DNA of 64,000 nt from an uncultured Bacillota bacterium (GTDB taxonomy: Bacteria > Bacillota > DTU025 > MWDF01), in contig CAWGMK010000012.1 in assembly GCA_963823655.1 (NCBI GenBank), positions 32,001-96,000 on the forward strand, read 5' to 3'. The notes under the pieces were generated by a model. It ran no database searches, was not told the DNA's origin, and was given only the letters and a program-made list of their open reading frames with translations. Positions 9,597-19,699 of this stretch are shown here, piece by piece (within the stretch, counting starts at the first letter, position 1; every line of letters begins with the position of its first letter). The position numbers and the translations under genes were made by a program.

Positions 9597-10368
9597 TCAC
9601 AGCTGGTTACACAGACCAAATATTCGGACTGACTCATTTATTAGGATTTAAATTTGCCCCAAGAATAAGGGATTTATCAGACTCGAAATTATTTACAATA
9701 GATAAAGCAAGTGAATATCCAAAATTAGAAGCCATTTTACGTGGACAAATAAATACAAAGGTCATTAAAGAAAATTATCAGGATGTTTTGCGATTAGCTC
9801 ATTCTATAAAGGAAGGAAAAGTTTCAGCATCCCTTATTATGGGGAAACTAGGTTCTTATTCAAGACAAAACAGCTTGGCTACAGCCTTACGTGAGATGGG
9901 CCGAATAGAAAAAACGATCTTTATTTTGAATTATATTTCGGATGAATCATTAAGAAGAAAAATACAAAAAGGATTGAATAAAGGAGAAGCCATGAATGGA
10001 CTGGCAAGAGCTATTTTCTTCGGAAAACAAGGAGAGCTTAGGGAACGAACCATACAGCATCAATTGCAAAGAGCCAGTGCTTTAAACATAATTATCAATG
10101 CCATTAGTGTCTGGAATACCCTACATCTGACAAAAGCAGTTGAATACCAAAAAGGTTTAGGTAGTTTTAATGTAGATTTGTTGCATCATATGTCTCCTTT
10201 AGGCTGGGAGCATATCAATTTGCTAGGAGAGTACCGTTTTAATTCTGAAAAAATGGTTGTGTTAGATTCTCTAAGACCACTAAAACTTTCTTAACGTTGT
10301 TAAAACTGGGGTAATCGTCTTGAAAATAGGCTTAGCGTTGTAAATCCGCATTTTCCTGACGGTACCCC
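9597..10368 (+). mobile_element. tnpA: Tn3-family (Tn1546-like) remnant 2: longer tnpA 3' fragment plus IR
   Basis: TAGYTDQIFGLTHLLGFKFAPRIRDL…LRPLKLS; IR 10331-10368; 9939-10368 matches 3400-3829 with two visible substitutions. Confidence 0.93.
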
Positions 10369-10751
10369 AAAATCAGCTCTTTTTACTCACGCTCCTTGTT
10401 CTTTTATGCGCCAGTTATAGCTTACTTATGTAATACTATTTTCAAGCAAAAAAAGGAAACCGAAATTGGCTGCCCTTTTTCATTGTTTAACTAACACCGA
10501 TTAAAAATAACTATCCCGATTTGGATTTCTTTCCTGCCGTTGCAGACTTTTAACGAGAACGTAACGTTTAACCCCTCGCAGCAGCCGGATTACGCGTGAT
10601 ATTCTATCCATCCGCGTAAAAGGGAATTTTATTGCGGCAGCTGTCTTGTTGACTTCACAACCTCATTAAATGGTTTGAATAATAGGGGAACCGCTTCTTA
10701 TCGGCCAGTCCGATGATGAAGCGGTTTTTGTTTTACTGCACCGGATTTAGG

Positions 10752-10791
10752 ATGTCTAAATTGTGCTATTCGATGACCTGATAATCAAGGT
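10752..10791 (+). promoter_or_regulatory. Shared activator-type operator, copy 2
   Basis: ATGTCTAAATTGTGCTA-N14-AATCAAGGT, TATAAT at 10811. Confidence 0.7.
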
Positions 10792-10862
10792 GGAACACTT
10801 AACTATACGATATAATCTGTAATTAATAGAGCTTCGAACTTTGAAAAGACTGGGAGTGCAGT

Positions 10863-12398
10863 ATGATAAAATATACGAATCCGGTAATTCCGGGATTTTA
10901 TCCCGACCCAAGCATCTGCCGTGTGAAGGATGATTATTATTTGGTGACAAGCTCTTTTGCATATTCTCCTGGCGTCCCCATTTTTCACAGCAAGGATCTT
11001 GTCCATTGGCGCCAGATCGGACATTGTCTTACCACCGAGCAGCAGTTGCCGCTAGGGAACGGTTGGCTCTCGGGAGGGATTTACGCTCCGACGATCCGGC
11101 ATCACGACGGCTGGTTCTATATGGTGACGACGAATGTGAGCGGGGGAGGCAACTTCTTTGTTCGCAGCAAGCAGCCGGACGGTCCTTGGTCAGAGCCCAT
11201 ACCTGTCGCGCAGGAAGGCATCGATCCTTCCCTGTTGTTCGATGAGGACGGCAGGGTATACTTTCAATCCACTTGTTCTGGCGATGAAGGCTATGGCATT
11301 TATCAATGCGAGATCGACATTTCTAGCGGAAGCCTGCTGACCGGGAGTCGTCTGATCTCGAAGGGCACAGGGGCGGCGCATCCGGAAGCGCCCCATCTAT
11401 ACAAGATCAACGGACTTTACTATTTGTTAATTGCCGAAGGCGGGACAGAATACGGCCATATGGTGACAATATCGAGAAGCAGCTCTCCCTATGGACCTTA
11501 TGAATTATGTCCCCATAATCCGATCTTGTCCCACCGAAGCTTGAGCAGCAGCATCCATGCAACCGGACACGCAGATCTGGTACAGGCGCATGACGGGAGC
11601 TGGTGGGCGGTTTTCTTGGGCATCAGACCAGTCTCCTATCCCTACCGGCATCATTTGGGAAGAGAGACGTTTCTGGCGCCCGTGTCATGGACGGCTGACG
11701 GTTGGCCGGTTATTGGCAATGGGGGACGTGTGGAAGCCATCATGGAGGCGCCCCAGTTGCCTGCATTCCGGTGGCCGACGAAGGGGGTCAGAGATGATTT
11801 TCTGGATGCAACGCTAGGCTTCGAATGGGTGTTCCTGCGGAATCCGGATCCGGCAAGCCGGTCGCTGCACGAAAAATCGGGGCATCTTGTGTTGCGCGGA
11901 ACCAAGACGTCGCTCAATGACTCCGGCGCCCCCGCATTTGTGGGCCGTCGTCTGTGCCATATGTCATGCAATATTGCCGCGGCATTGGATTTCGAGCCGG
12001 TCATCGAAGGCGAGGAAGCCGGAATTACCATATTTATGAACGATAATTATCATTATGATCTGGCAATAAAGCTCAAAGAAGGACGCAGGGTGGTCGTCTT
12101 CCGTCGAACCGTAGGATCATTGAGGACGGAGAGCACGCTGGAATGCGCAGCAGGTCCGATCGTGTTGAAGATTAAGGCTCAACCGGAATGGTTTACTTTC
12201 GCCATTCAGCAGGATCTATCGAATGTCATAGAAATTGGCTCCGGCGAAACGCATCTGCTCTCAACAGAGGTAGCAGGCGGCTTTACGGGAGTAATCATTG
12301 CAATGTATGCAGTCTGCGAGACGGGGCAGGGTTCGCCTGCGCACTTTGATTGGTTCGATTATGAGCCATTGGTTGAAAAATTTCTTTTGGAGGCTTGA
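10863..12398 (+). CDS. GH43 beta-xylosidase/alpha-L-arabinofuranosidase with C-terminal beta-sandwich
   Basis: NPVIPGFYPDPSI, GIYAPTIRHHDG, GIDPSLLFD, PEAPHLYK, LGRETFL, GGFTGV. Confidence 0.95.
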   Translation: MIKYTNPVIPGFYPDPSICRVKDDYYLVTSSFAYSPGVPIFHSKDLVHWRQIGHCLTTEQQLPLGNGWLSGGIYAPTIRHHDGWFYMVTTNVSGGGNFFVRSKQPDGPWSEPIPVAQEGIDPSLLFDEDGRVYFQSTCSGDEGYGIYQCEIDISSGSLLTGSRLISKGTGAAHPEAPHLYKINGLYYLLIAEGGTEYGHMVTISRSSSPYGPYELCPHNPILSHRSLSSSIHATGHADLVQAHDGSWWAVFLGIRPVSYPYRHHLGRETFLAPVSWTADGWPVIGNGGRVEAIMEAPQLPAFRWPTKGVRDDFLDATLGFEWVFLRNPDPASRSLHEKSGHLVLRGTKTSLNDSGAPAFVGRRLCHMSCNIAAALDFEPVIEGEEAGITIFMNDNYHYDLAIKLKEGRRVVVFRRTVGSLRTESTLECAAGPIVLKIKAQPEWFTFAIQQDLSNVIEIGSGETHLLSTEVAGGFTGVIIAMYAVCETGQGSPAHFDWFDYEPLVEKFLLEA

Positions 12399-15205
12399 GG
12401 ACATTGAAGACGAATATAGAAGTATTGCCGTTTCAAAATCCCGAACTACCGATCCGAGACCGCGTCGCCGATCTCGTGTCCCGGTTTACCTTGGAGGAGA
12501 AAATCGGGCTCATGCCCCAATATCAAACCGCAGTTGAACGACTGGGGGTAAAACCTTACAAGCATGGTACGGAAGCTGCTCACGGGATCGCATGGCTCGG
12601 GGAGGCGACATCCTTCCCGCAACCGATCGGTCTTGGCTGTACGTGGAACCCGGAGTTGTTGGAGCGTATCGGATCCGCAATCGGCGACGAGGCCAGAGTA
12701 TTTTATCAGCGTGATCCTGCGCGCAACGGGTTGACGTTATGGGCGCCGACCGTCGATATGGAGCGGGATCCGCTGTGGGGCAGGACAGAGGAGGCGTACG
12801 GTGAGGATCCGCACTTGACGGGCGAGCTCACCACCGGTCTCGTCAAGGGAATTCAGGGGCCGCATCCCGTTTACCGTAAAGCCATCGCGACATTGAAACA
12901 TTTCCTTGGCAACAACAACGAGAAGGATCGTTGCCGTTGCTCCGCCAGCATCGATCCGCGCAATATGAGGGAGTATTATTTGAAAGCGTTCGAGCCTGCC
13001 TTCCGCAAGGGAGGGGCGCTTTCCATGATGACGGCGTATAATTCCATCAACGGTACGCCTGCCATTCTCCATCCCGATGTGAATCAGGTGGTCAAAGGGG
13101 AGTGGGAGATGGATGGCTTTATCGTCAGCGATGCCGGTGACATGATCGGACTCGTGAAGGATCACCATTATTTCGAGACCTATAAAGAAGCCGTTGCGGC
13201 GTCGGTCAAGAGCGGGATTGACAGTATTACGGACGAAACCGACATGACTTGCGCGGCCATACGGGAGGCGCTCTCCGAAGGTCTGTTGGAGGAGGGCGAC
13301 TTGAACAGGGCTTTGACCAACACATTCCGGGTGCGGTTCCTGCTTGGCGAGTTCGATCCAGACGAATGCAATCCGTATGCAGGCTTGCCTGATGACACGG
13401 TCTGCAAGCCGGAGCATGCAGCCCTTTCCCTGGAAGCGGCCCGGGAGTCCATCGTTCTGCTCAAGAATGAGCGTCAGATGCTTCCCCTTGACAGTAACGC
13501 CGTGCAACGGGTCGCCGTAATCGGACCGCTCGGCGATGTGGTATTCCGCGATGGGTATTCCGGCACCTGTCCATATAAAGTCACTCCGCTGCAAGGCATT
13601 CGGGCCAAAATGAAAGAGGGTTCCGTTGTTCATGTGAACGGAAGCGACCGTGTGCGCCTCCGTGCCGTTACGGGAAAATATGTGGGGGTTTCATCGGATC
13701 CGGCGGAGAACAGCGCATTGAAAGCGGACCGGTTGGATGCAGGCTCGGCTGAGACGTTCCAGCTGGCAGACTGGGGCTTCGGAAGTGTGACACTCCAGGC
13801 TCTCTCCAACGGCAAATTCGTTACGACCGATGACGTAACTGTAACTGCGTCGGCAGATGAAGTTTACGGATGGTACGTCAAAGAAGAATTTCGTCCGGTC
13901 GGGGGGCCGGATGGCACGATGTTGCTCACAGCATGGAACGGAAGTCCCGTTTCACTTCCAGGCGAAGAAGCAGGTTGTTTCCGTATGGAGGTCATAACCG
14001 ACGGGCTGCAGGAAGCGATTGCAGCAGCTGAAGCATCGGAGGTTGCGGTTGTAGTTGTCGGGAACAACCCGCTGATCAACGGGAGGGAGACGAGTGACAG
14101 ACCGGACCTAACATTGGCCGACTCTCAGGAGAAGCTCATACAAGAAGTAAGCCGGGTGAATCCCAACACGATCGTTGTTGTCATCGGAAGTTATCCGTTT
14201 GCCATCAATGGGGTCGAAGAGAAGATTCCGGCTGTCCTATATTTGTCACATGCGGGGCAAGAGCTGGGGAACGCCTTGGCGGATGTATTGTTCGGCGATT
14301 ATAACCCGGCGGGTCGTTTGAATATGACCTGGTATCGATCCACAGATCAGCTTCCGGATATCATGGATTATGATATTCGGAAGGGGAAGCGCACCTATCA
14401 ATATTATGACGGCCAACCGCTGTACCCGTTCGGTTATGGATTGTCTTATACAACCTTCCGATATGATGGATTGAAAGCAACCCCGGAACGTGTCGGTTCG
14501 GGAATGGAACTCTCGGTCTGTGTGCAGATTGAGAATACAGGGGGCAGGGGCGGAGACGAGGTCGTTCAGCTGTACGTGCGGGCAGATTCCTCCCGTGTCC
14601 AAAGGCCGCTCAAAGAACTGAAGGGGTTCCGGCGCATCTATCTGGCTCCCTGCGAAAAGCGGATGATCAACTTTACGCTGCCGACATCCGATCTGGCATT
14701 CTGGGATGTGACCAGGGACGCTTATTGCCTTGAGTCCGGCACCTATACGTTTATAATCGGCGGTTCGTCCCAGGATGTCCGTCTGGAGACGAAGCTGGTG
14801 ATTGAAGGCGATACCGTGCCTCTTCGCGATTTGACGAAGATGACCCAAGCGATAAACTATGATGATTACGAGGGCGTCTATCTGGACGAATGCAAGGAAG
14901 AAGGATATGGTGTCAGGTTGTCGGGCGGGTCCGGCTGGCTGCGCTTCGATGACGTAGATTTCCGCGCCGGAATCGGCGGCTTCGAGGCCCGCTGTTCGTC
15001 TCCCAAGAGCGGCGGCAGAATAGAACTCAGACTGGATGCAGCGGACGGCCCGCTTCTCGGAACGTGTCACATTCCTGAGACCGGCGGGTTGCAAGTGTGG
15101 GAGACATTCGCCTGTAAGACGGACGTGGTTCAGGCAACCTGCTCGGTCTACCTGTGCCTGAATGGGGATATCGGCTTGAGCAGCTTCCGCTTTACCGTAA
15201 ATTGA
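12395..15205 (+). CDS. GH3 beta-glucosidase/xylosidase with fascin-like insert, Fn3 and C-terminal CBM6
   Basis: WGRTEEAYGEDP, LKHFLGNN, GFIVSDAG (nucleophile), PLYPFGYGLSYTTF, GGRIELRLDAADGPLLG. Confidence 0.93.
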   Translation: MRTLKTNIEVLPFQNPELPIRDRVADLVSRFTLEEKIGLMPQYQTAVERLGVKPYKHGTEAAHGIAWLGEATSFPQPIGLGCTWNPELLERIGSAIGDEARVFYQRDPARNGLTLWAPTVDMERDPLWGRTEEAYGEDPHLTGELTTGLVKGIQGPHPVYRKAIATLKHFLGNNNEKDRCRCSASIDPRNMREYYLKAFEPAFRKGGALSMMTAYNSINGTPAILHPDVNQVVKGEWEMDGFIVSDAGDMIGLVKDHHYFETYKEAVAASVKSGIDSITDETDMTCAAIREALSEGLLEEGDLNRALTNTFRVRFLLGEFDPDECNPYAGLPDDTVCKPEHAALSLEAARESIVLLKNERQMLPLDSNAVQRVAVIGPLGDVVFRDGYSGTCPYKVTPLQGIRAKMKEGSVVHVNGSDRVRLRAVTGKYVGVSSDPAENSALKADRLDAGSAETFQLADWGFGSVTLQALSNGKFVTTDDVTVTASADEVYGWYVKEEFRPVGGPDGTMLLTAWNGSPVSLPGEEAGCFRMEVITDGLQEAIAAAEASEVAVVVVGNNPLINGRETSDRPDLTLADSQEKLIQEVSRVNPNTIVVVIGSYPFAINGVEEKIPAVLYLSHAGQELGNALADVLFGDYNPAGRLNMTWYRSTDQLPDIMDYDIRKGKRTYQYYDGQPLYPFGYGLSYTTFRYDGLKATPERVGSGMELSVCVQIENTGGRGGDEVVQLYVRADSSRVQRPLKELKGFRRIYLAPCEKRMINFTLPTSDLAFWDVTRDAYCLESGTYTFIIGGSSQDVRLETKLVIEGDTVPLRDLTKMTQAINYDDYEGVYLDECKEEGYGVRLSGGSGWLRFDDVDFRAGIGGFEARCSSPKSGGRIELRLDAADGPLLGTCHIPETGGLQVWETFACKTDVVQATCSVYLCLNGDIGLSSFRFTVN

Positions 15206-15222
15206 AGAAATTATGAAAAAAG

Positions 15223-15263
15223 ATGTCTAAATCGTGCTACTTTTATGACTTAAAAATCAAGGT
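15223..15263 (+). promoter_or_regulatory. Shared activator-type operator, copy 3
   Basis: ATGTCTAAATCGTGCTA-N15-AATCAAGGT, extended -10 TGGTATATT. Confidence 0.7.
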
Positions 15264-15408
15264 TCTGTGGTTTAGTATGGTATATTATTGCATTAGATGA
15301 ATAGCACCAAGAAAACGGGAGTGTGAGTGGATTTATTTGCAAAGTGAAGAAGGGAAGGGGGCTTAGCATGCAGGTCGACTCATTGACCATGAACTTCGCC
15401 TCCCATAA

Positions 15409-15422
15409 AGTAAGCGGTTGCA
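15409..15422 (+). promoter_or_regulatory. Possible cre site
   Basis: AGTAAGCGGTTGCA in the leader of the ABC operon. Confidence 0.4.
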
Positions 15423-15519
15423 AGTTGAGGGGCACCAACTATGGAGGATTTCGTTACAATTAATACAAAATCAATGTGGGGGTTGTTAAGATGCTAAATC
15501 AGTCAAACGGGGGAGTAAA

Positions 15520-16476
15520 ATGAAGGCGGAACTGTACGATCAGACATATACCTCAGTAGCGAAGAAGCCGTTTCGGTTTAACGACAGGTATAAGTTATTC
15601 CTCATGGCGTTTCCTTTTCTTGCGCTTGTCTTTTTGTTCTCTTATTTGCCGCTGTACGGATGGATCTATGCCTTTTACGACTACAGGCCCGGCATACCGC
15701 TTTCCAAGACCGAGTTTATAGGCCTGCGCTGGTTTACGGCGATGGTGTCGAATCCGATACAGATTCAAGAAATCCTCAGGGTCTTACGAAACACGTTCGC
15801 AATGAGCGGACTTGGCATGCTTACATCGGTTCTGCCGGTCATCTTCGCGATTTTCCTGACGGAAATAAAGAACGCACCTTTTAAGAGAATCGTGCAGACG
15901 CTTACAACGCTTCCGAACTTTATCAGTTGGGTATTAGTATACTCCTTCGCCTTCATGTTGTTTTCTGTTGACAACGGCTTCCTGAACAATTTACTCAGGA
16001 GCATGGATCTGATAGATAAGCCGCTGAATGTGCTGGCATCGAGCAACCATATTTGGCTAACCATGACATCGTGGGGAATATGGAAAGGACTTGGCTGGGG
16101 TGCAATCTTGTACATTGCTGCGATTACTGGAATCGATCAGGAATTGTACGAGGCGGCGAAAGTGGACGGGGCAAACCGGTACCAGTTGATGTGGCATGTG
16201 ACGGTTCCCGGGATTATACCGACATACTTCGTGCTGCTCATCTTGGGGATCGGAAATTTCATCAATAGTGGATTTGAGCAATATTTTATGTTCATGAACG
16301 CGATTAACATGAGTCATATCGAGGTGCTTGATGTCTACGTATACAATGTAGGGGTGGCGAACTCCAACTTCGGGTTCGCGACAGCGATTAGTATTCTGAA
16401 ATCGATTGTCAGCCTGATCTTACTGTTTGCAGCCAACAGCCTGTCCAAGCTGGTTCGCGGCGAAAGCGTCATCTGA
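15520..16476 (+). CDS. Carbohydrate ABC transporter permease (LplB-like)
   Basis: LPNFISWV; EAA loop GIDQELYEAAKVDGANR. Confidence 0.93.
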   Translation: MKAELYDQTYTSVAKKPFRFNDRYKLFLMAFPFLALVFLFSYLPLYGWIYAFYDYRPGIPLSKTEFIGLRWFTAMVSNPIQIQEILRVLRNTFAMSGLGMLTSVLPVIFAIFLTEIKNAPFKRIVQTLTTLPNFISWVLVYSFAFMLFSVDNGFLNNLLRSMDLIDKPLNVLASSNHIWLTMTSWGIWKGLGWGAILYIAAITGIDQELYEAAKVDGANRYQLMWHVTVPGIIPTYFVLLILGIGNFINSGFEQYFMFMNAINMSHIEVLDVYVYNVGVANSNFGFATAISILKSIVSLILLFAANSLSKLVRGESVI

Positions 16477-16491
16477 GGAAGGAGAGCCGAC

Positions 16492-17379
16492 ATGTGGAAG
16501 AATAAGATTACAATGTTTGACGTGCTTAACTATACGTTTTTTGCCTTATTTACTTTTGCTTGCTTCTTTCCGTTCTATTATTTATTTATCAATACAATCA
16601 GCAGTAACGACTTAAGCAGTAAAGGACTTATCTTGTTCTACCCCAAAGGATTTCATTTGTCCAACTATACACAAGTGTTCAATATTCCCGGACTGGCCAC
16701 CGCAACGTTCATATCCGTTGCCCGCACTGTGATCGGCACGGTGCTTACCGTAGCAGCATCGGGTTTTCTCGGCTACTTGTTTTCGAAACCCCAAATGTGG
16801 GGGCGGAAATTCTGGTACCGATTCCTCGTTGTCACGATGTATTTTAATGCGGGTTTGATTCCCTGGTTTCTGGTCATGCGTAATCTCGGCATGACCAACA
16901 ATTTCTTAGCCTATGTGGTACCCGGCATTGTCGCTCCGTTTTTTATCATCCTTGTTAAAACGTTCATCGAATCGACGCCGATCGCTCTGCAGGAATCGGC
17001 GCAAATCGACGGAGCCGGCATCTTCACGATCTTCAGTAAGATCGTCATGCCTTTGGTCGTACCTGTTCTCGCAACGATTGCCATCTTCACGGCCATCGGC
17101 CAGTGGAACTCGTTCCAGGACACGTTGTTCCTGGTCACGAAATCGAAGCTGTTTACGCTGCAATTTCTCCTGTACCGCTATTTAAACGCTGCGACATCGC
17201 TGGCAAATGTGATGAAATCCACCGGAGGAGCTCTCACTAATGATATGGCCAATGTGCAGACGGCTACTTCCATTCGGACGACGGTTTCGATGATTGTTGT
17301 CCTCCCGATATTGCTTGTCTATCCGTTCTTCCAACGATTCTTTGTCAAGGGCATGATGGTCGGTGCCGTGAAGGGGTAA
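16492..17379 (+). CDS. Carbohydrate ABC transporter permease (LplC-like)
   Basis: LQESAQIDGAG; YPFFQRFFVKGMMVGAVKG. Confidence 0.93.
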   Translation: MWKNKITMFDVLNYTFFALFTFACFFPFYYLFINTISSNDLSSKGLILFYPKGFHLSNYTQVFNIPGLATATFISVARTVIGTVLTVAASGFLGYLFSKPQMWGRKFWYRFLVVTMYFNAGLIPWFLVMRNLGMTNNFLAYVVPGIVAPFFIILVKTFIESTPIALQESAQIDGAGIFTIFSKIVMPLVVPVLATIAIFTAIGQWNSFQDTLFLVTKSKLFTLQFLLYRYLNAATSLANVMKSTGGALTNDMANVQTATSIRTTVSMIVVLPILLVYPFFQRFFVKGMMVGAVKG

Positions 17380-17509
17380 ATGGAAGGTCTGTTAAGGAGG
17401 TGATGCAAGCCTGTAGGTAGATATGTCAAATGTGCGTCAGCATTATTTTCTTGGCAGCAATGAAAGTGAAGGTTTTGGCAGGTACATAACAAGGAGGGGT
17501 ATTAGACAC

Positions 17510-19255
17510 ATGACAAAAAGAAAAACATGGACAGCGGCAGCTGTCTTGATGAGCGCCATGCTTGTACTTACGTCCGCTTGCAGCAGTTCCAAGGGAGGCA
17601 GCCCGTCAAGCAGCCCGTCAAGCAGCGCGGCAGTTGAAGCAATTACCGATTTTGCGAAGCAACCGGAAATCACGCTGGATGTATTCTCGAACCTGGCCAA
17701 CTTTGAGGGGAATCAGCCGGGTTGGTTTGCAAAGCTGGTCAAAGATAAATTTAATATCAAATTAAACATTATCTCCGGCGGGCAGTCAAAGTTGAATACG
17801 TTGATGGCCGCAGGAGATTTAGGGGACATCGCTGTTGCGGTCAACTACGATGATCCCCTCAAAGCCGGTTTGCTGCTGGATTGGAAGAAAAACGGTCTGC
17901 TTGACAAATACGGCAAAGATATTCTGAAATATGCAGGCAAGTCCCTCGAAGCCAACAACAAGCAATACGGCGGCGGTACGGCGATTTACGGAGTTGGAAA
18001 TAATATAGGCAGCGGCAACGGCCCGAGTGAAGGCTCCGATATGACGTTCGGTCCGATGCTTCGTTGGGACTTGTACCAGAAACTGGGGAATCCGGAAATC
18101 AAGACGCTGGAAGACTATCTGCCCCTCCTTAAAAAAATGCAGGAGCTCAGTCCGAAGAGCGACTCCGGAAAGCCTGTGTATGGGTTTTCGCTGTGGTCTG
18201 ATTGGGACAGTAATATGGCTTTGAACTCGAAGGTTATGGGCCAATTTTATGGCTATAATGAAGGGGATGGCTTCAATACGGCTGATTTGATGATGACGAA
18301 AGCCAATGAAGCGAAATGGCAGGGTGTTCTCGACGACAACAGCTACTACCTGAGAGGCTTGAAGTTCTTCTATGAGGCGAATAAGATGGGGCTGCTTGAT
18401 CCGGATTCTTTGACCCAGAAGTTTCCAGATGTGCTCAATAAGTACAAAGACGGACAAGTTCTCTTCGCGCAATTCCCTTGGCTTGTCGGTAACTACAACA
18501 GCCCGGAGCACACCAATGATGGCAAAGGCTTCGCGTTCGTGCCATTCGCCGAAGAGCAAATGGCTTCTGTCGGATTTAATCCTTATGGCGGCCAATGGAA
18601 TTGGACCATTGGCGCGAAGACCAAATATCCGGAGCGCGCAATGCAATTAATAAACTGGCTGTGCTCGCCGGAGGGCATTCAGGAAGCCATGTTGGGTCCG
18701 AAGGGCTTAATTTGGGATATCAAGGATGGCAAGCCGACCCTCACCGATTTCGGTTACAAAGCGGTCGTCAACGAGGTCAATATGCCTGAAGAATACGGCG
18801 GCGGGTTGTTCAAGGACGGAACAAACCAAATCAATAACGCAACGATCTCAAAGTCCATGATCAATCCGAATAGCGGGGAACCGTATGATTACACCATGTG
18901 GACCTCCTATCTGAACCACAATCCGGATCCGGTCACGAAGAGCTGGCGGGAAACGATGGGTGCGCTGACGATGCACGACTACGTTGTCAAGAACAACAAA
19001 GTGGCCGTACAACCTGCGTACTTGAGCGAACAAGCTGCGGTGCCGGAATCATCCGATGTCAAGCAGAAGAAAGCTGAGGTAGGCAAGGTCATTAAGGAAT
19101 ACTCCTGGAAGATAATATTTGCGAAGAGCGATAGTGAGTATGACTCTCTGAAGCAGCAAATGATCTCGAAGGCCAAAGGCCTTGGCTATGACGAAGTTAT
19201 TAAGTGGCAAGTCGGGAATTATGAAAAAACGGTCGGTGCGGCTTTGAAAAAGTAA
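17510..19255 (+). CDS. Carbohydrate ABC transporter substrate-binding lipoprotein (LplA-like)
   Basis: RBS AGGAGG, lipobox TSAC, LRWDLYQKLGNPEIKT, GLLDPDSLTQ. Confidence 0.92.
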   Translation: MTKRKTWTAAAVLMSAMLVLTSACSSSKGGSPSSSPSSSAAVEAITDFAKQPEITLDVFSNLANFEGNQPGWFAKLVKDKFNIKLNIISGGQSKLNTLMAAGDLGDIAVAVNYDDPLKAGLLLDWKKNGLLDKYGKDILKYAGKSLEANNKQYGGGTAIYGVGNNIGSGNGPSEGSDMTFGPMLRWDLYQKLGNPEIKTLEDYLPLLKKMQELSPKSDSGKPVYGFSLWSDWDSNMALNSKVMGQFYGYNEGDGFNTADLMMTKANEAKWQGVLDDNSYYLRGLKFFYEANKMGLLDPDSLTQKFPDVLNKYKDGQVLFAQFPWLVGNYNSPEHTNDGKGFAFVPFAEEQMASVGFNPYGGQWNWTIGAKTKYPERAMQLINWLCSPEGIQEAMLGPKGLIWDIKDGKPTLTDFGYKAVVNEVNMPEEYGGGLFKDGTNQINNATISKSMINPNSGEPYDYTMWTSYLNHNPDPVTKSWRETMGALTMHDYVVKNNKVAVQPAYLSEQAAVPESSDVKQKKAEVGKVIKEYSWKIIFAKSDSEYDSLKQQMISKAKGLGYDEVIKWQVGNYEKTVGAALKK

Positions 19256-19280
19256 TCCCATATAAATGATTGTCCTTGCG

Positions 19281-19323
19281 AAAAAACCGCCCCTCCTCCT
19301 GGTATGGAAAGGGGCGGTTTTTT
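19281..19323 (+). terminator. Rho-independent terminator
   Basis: AAAAAACCGCCCCT…AGGGGCGGTTTTTT. Confidence 0.85.
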
Positions 19324-19566
19324 TGTTATATAAGAAAACCCCCAGTTCGACTGGGGGTTCCAGAAAGTTTATAGCTATGAGTGTTCATCCCTTGAACTTA
19401 ATGATAAGGTGGAAGCCGGTCTGCCAACCGCTACCATCAATCATGGATAAAGTCGGTGCTTTATGTTTTACGGTACATCCTTCCCTCACCCAAAATAGCC
19501 TCGATAAGTTATCAGGAGAATAGAAGAGAGCAGAGCCGGCAGGGTCCAGTTATCGGAGAAAAGAAC

Positions 19567-19690
19567 AATTCTGTATGAAATATCATATAGAATTGCGCTC
19601 GTTACTTCAATTTGTGCCATTGTGTATGAATTTTCATACAGAATTATGGAATTTAACGCATGAGGGATATTTCTGTATGATTTTTCGACT
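19567..19690. repeat. Mini-array of 28-bp palindromes, 51-bp period
   Basis: AATTCTGTATGA-N4-TCATAYAGAATT at 19567 and 19618, with a half copy at 19669. Confidence 0.75.
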
Positions 19691-19699
19691 TCATCCTAC

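Noticed and set aside
3400-10368. Intact composite transposon or van resistance cluster
   Set aside because: The IRs are in direct rather than inverted orientation, tnpA is truncated in both copies, and there are no res/tnpR or van genes.
19567-19690. CRISPR array
   Set aside because: Only 2.5 imperfect, fully palindromic repeats with 23-bp spacers; no cas genes.
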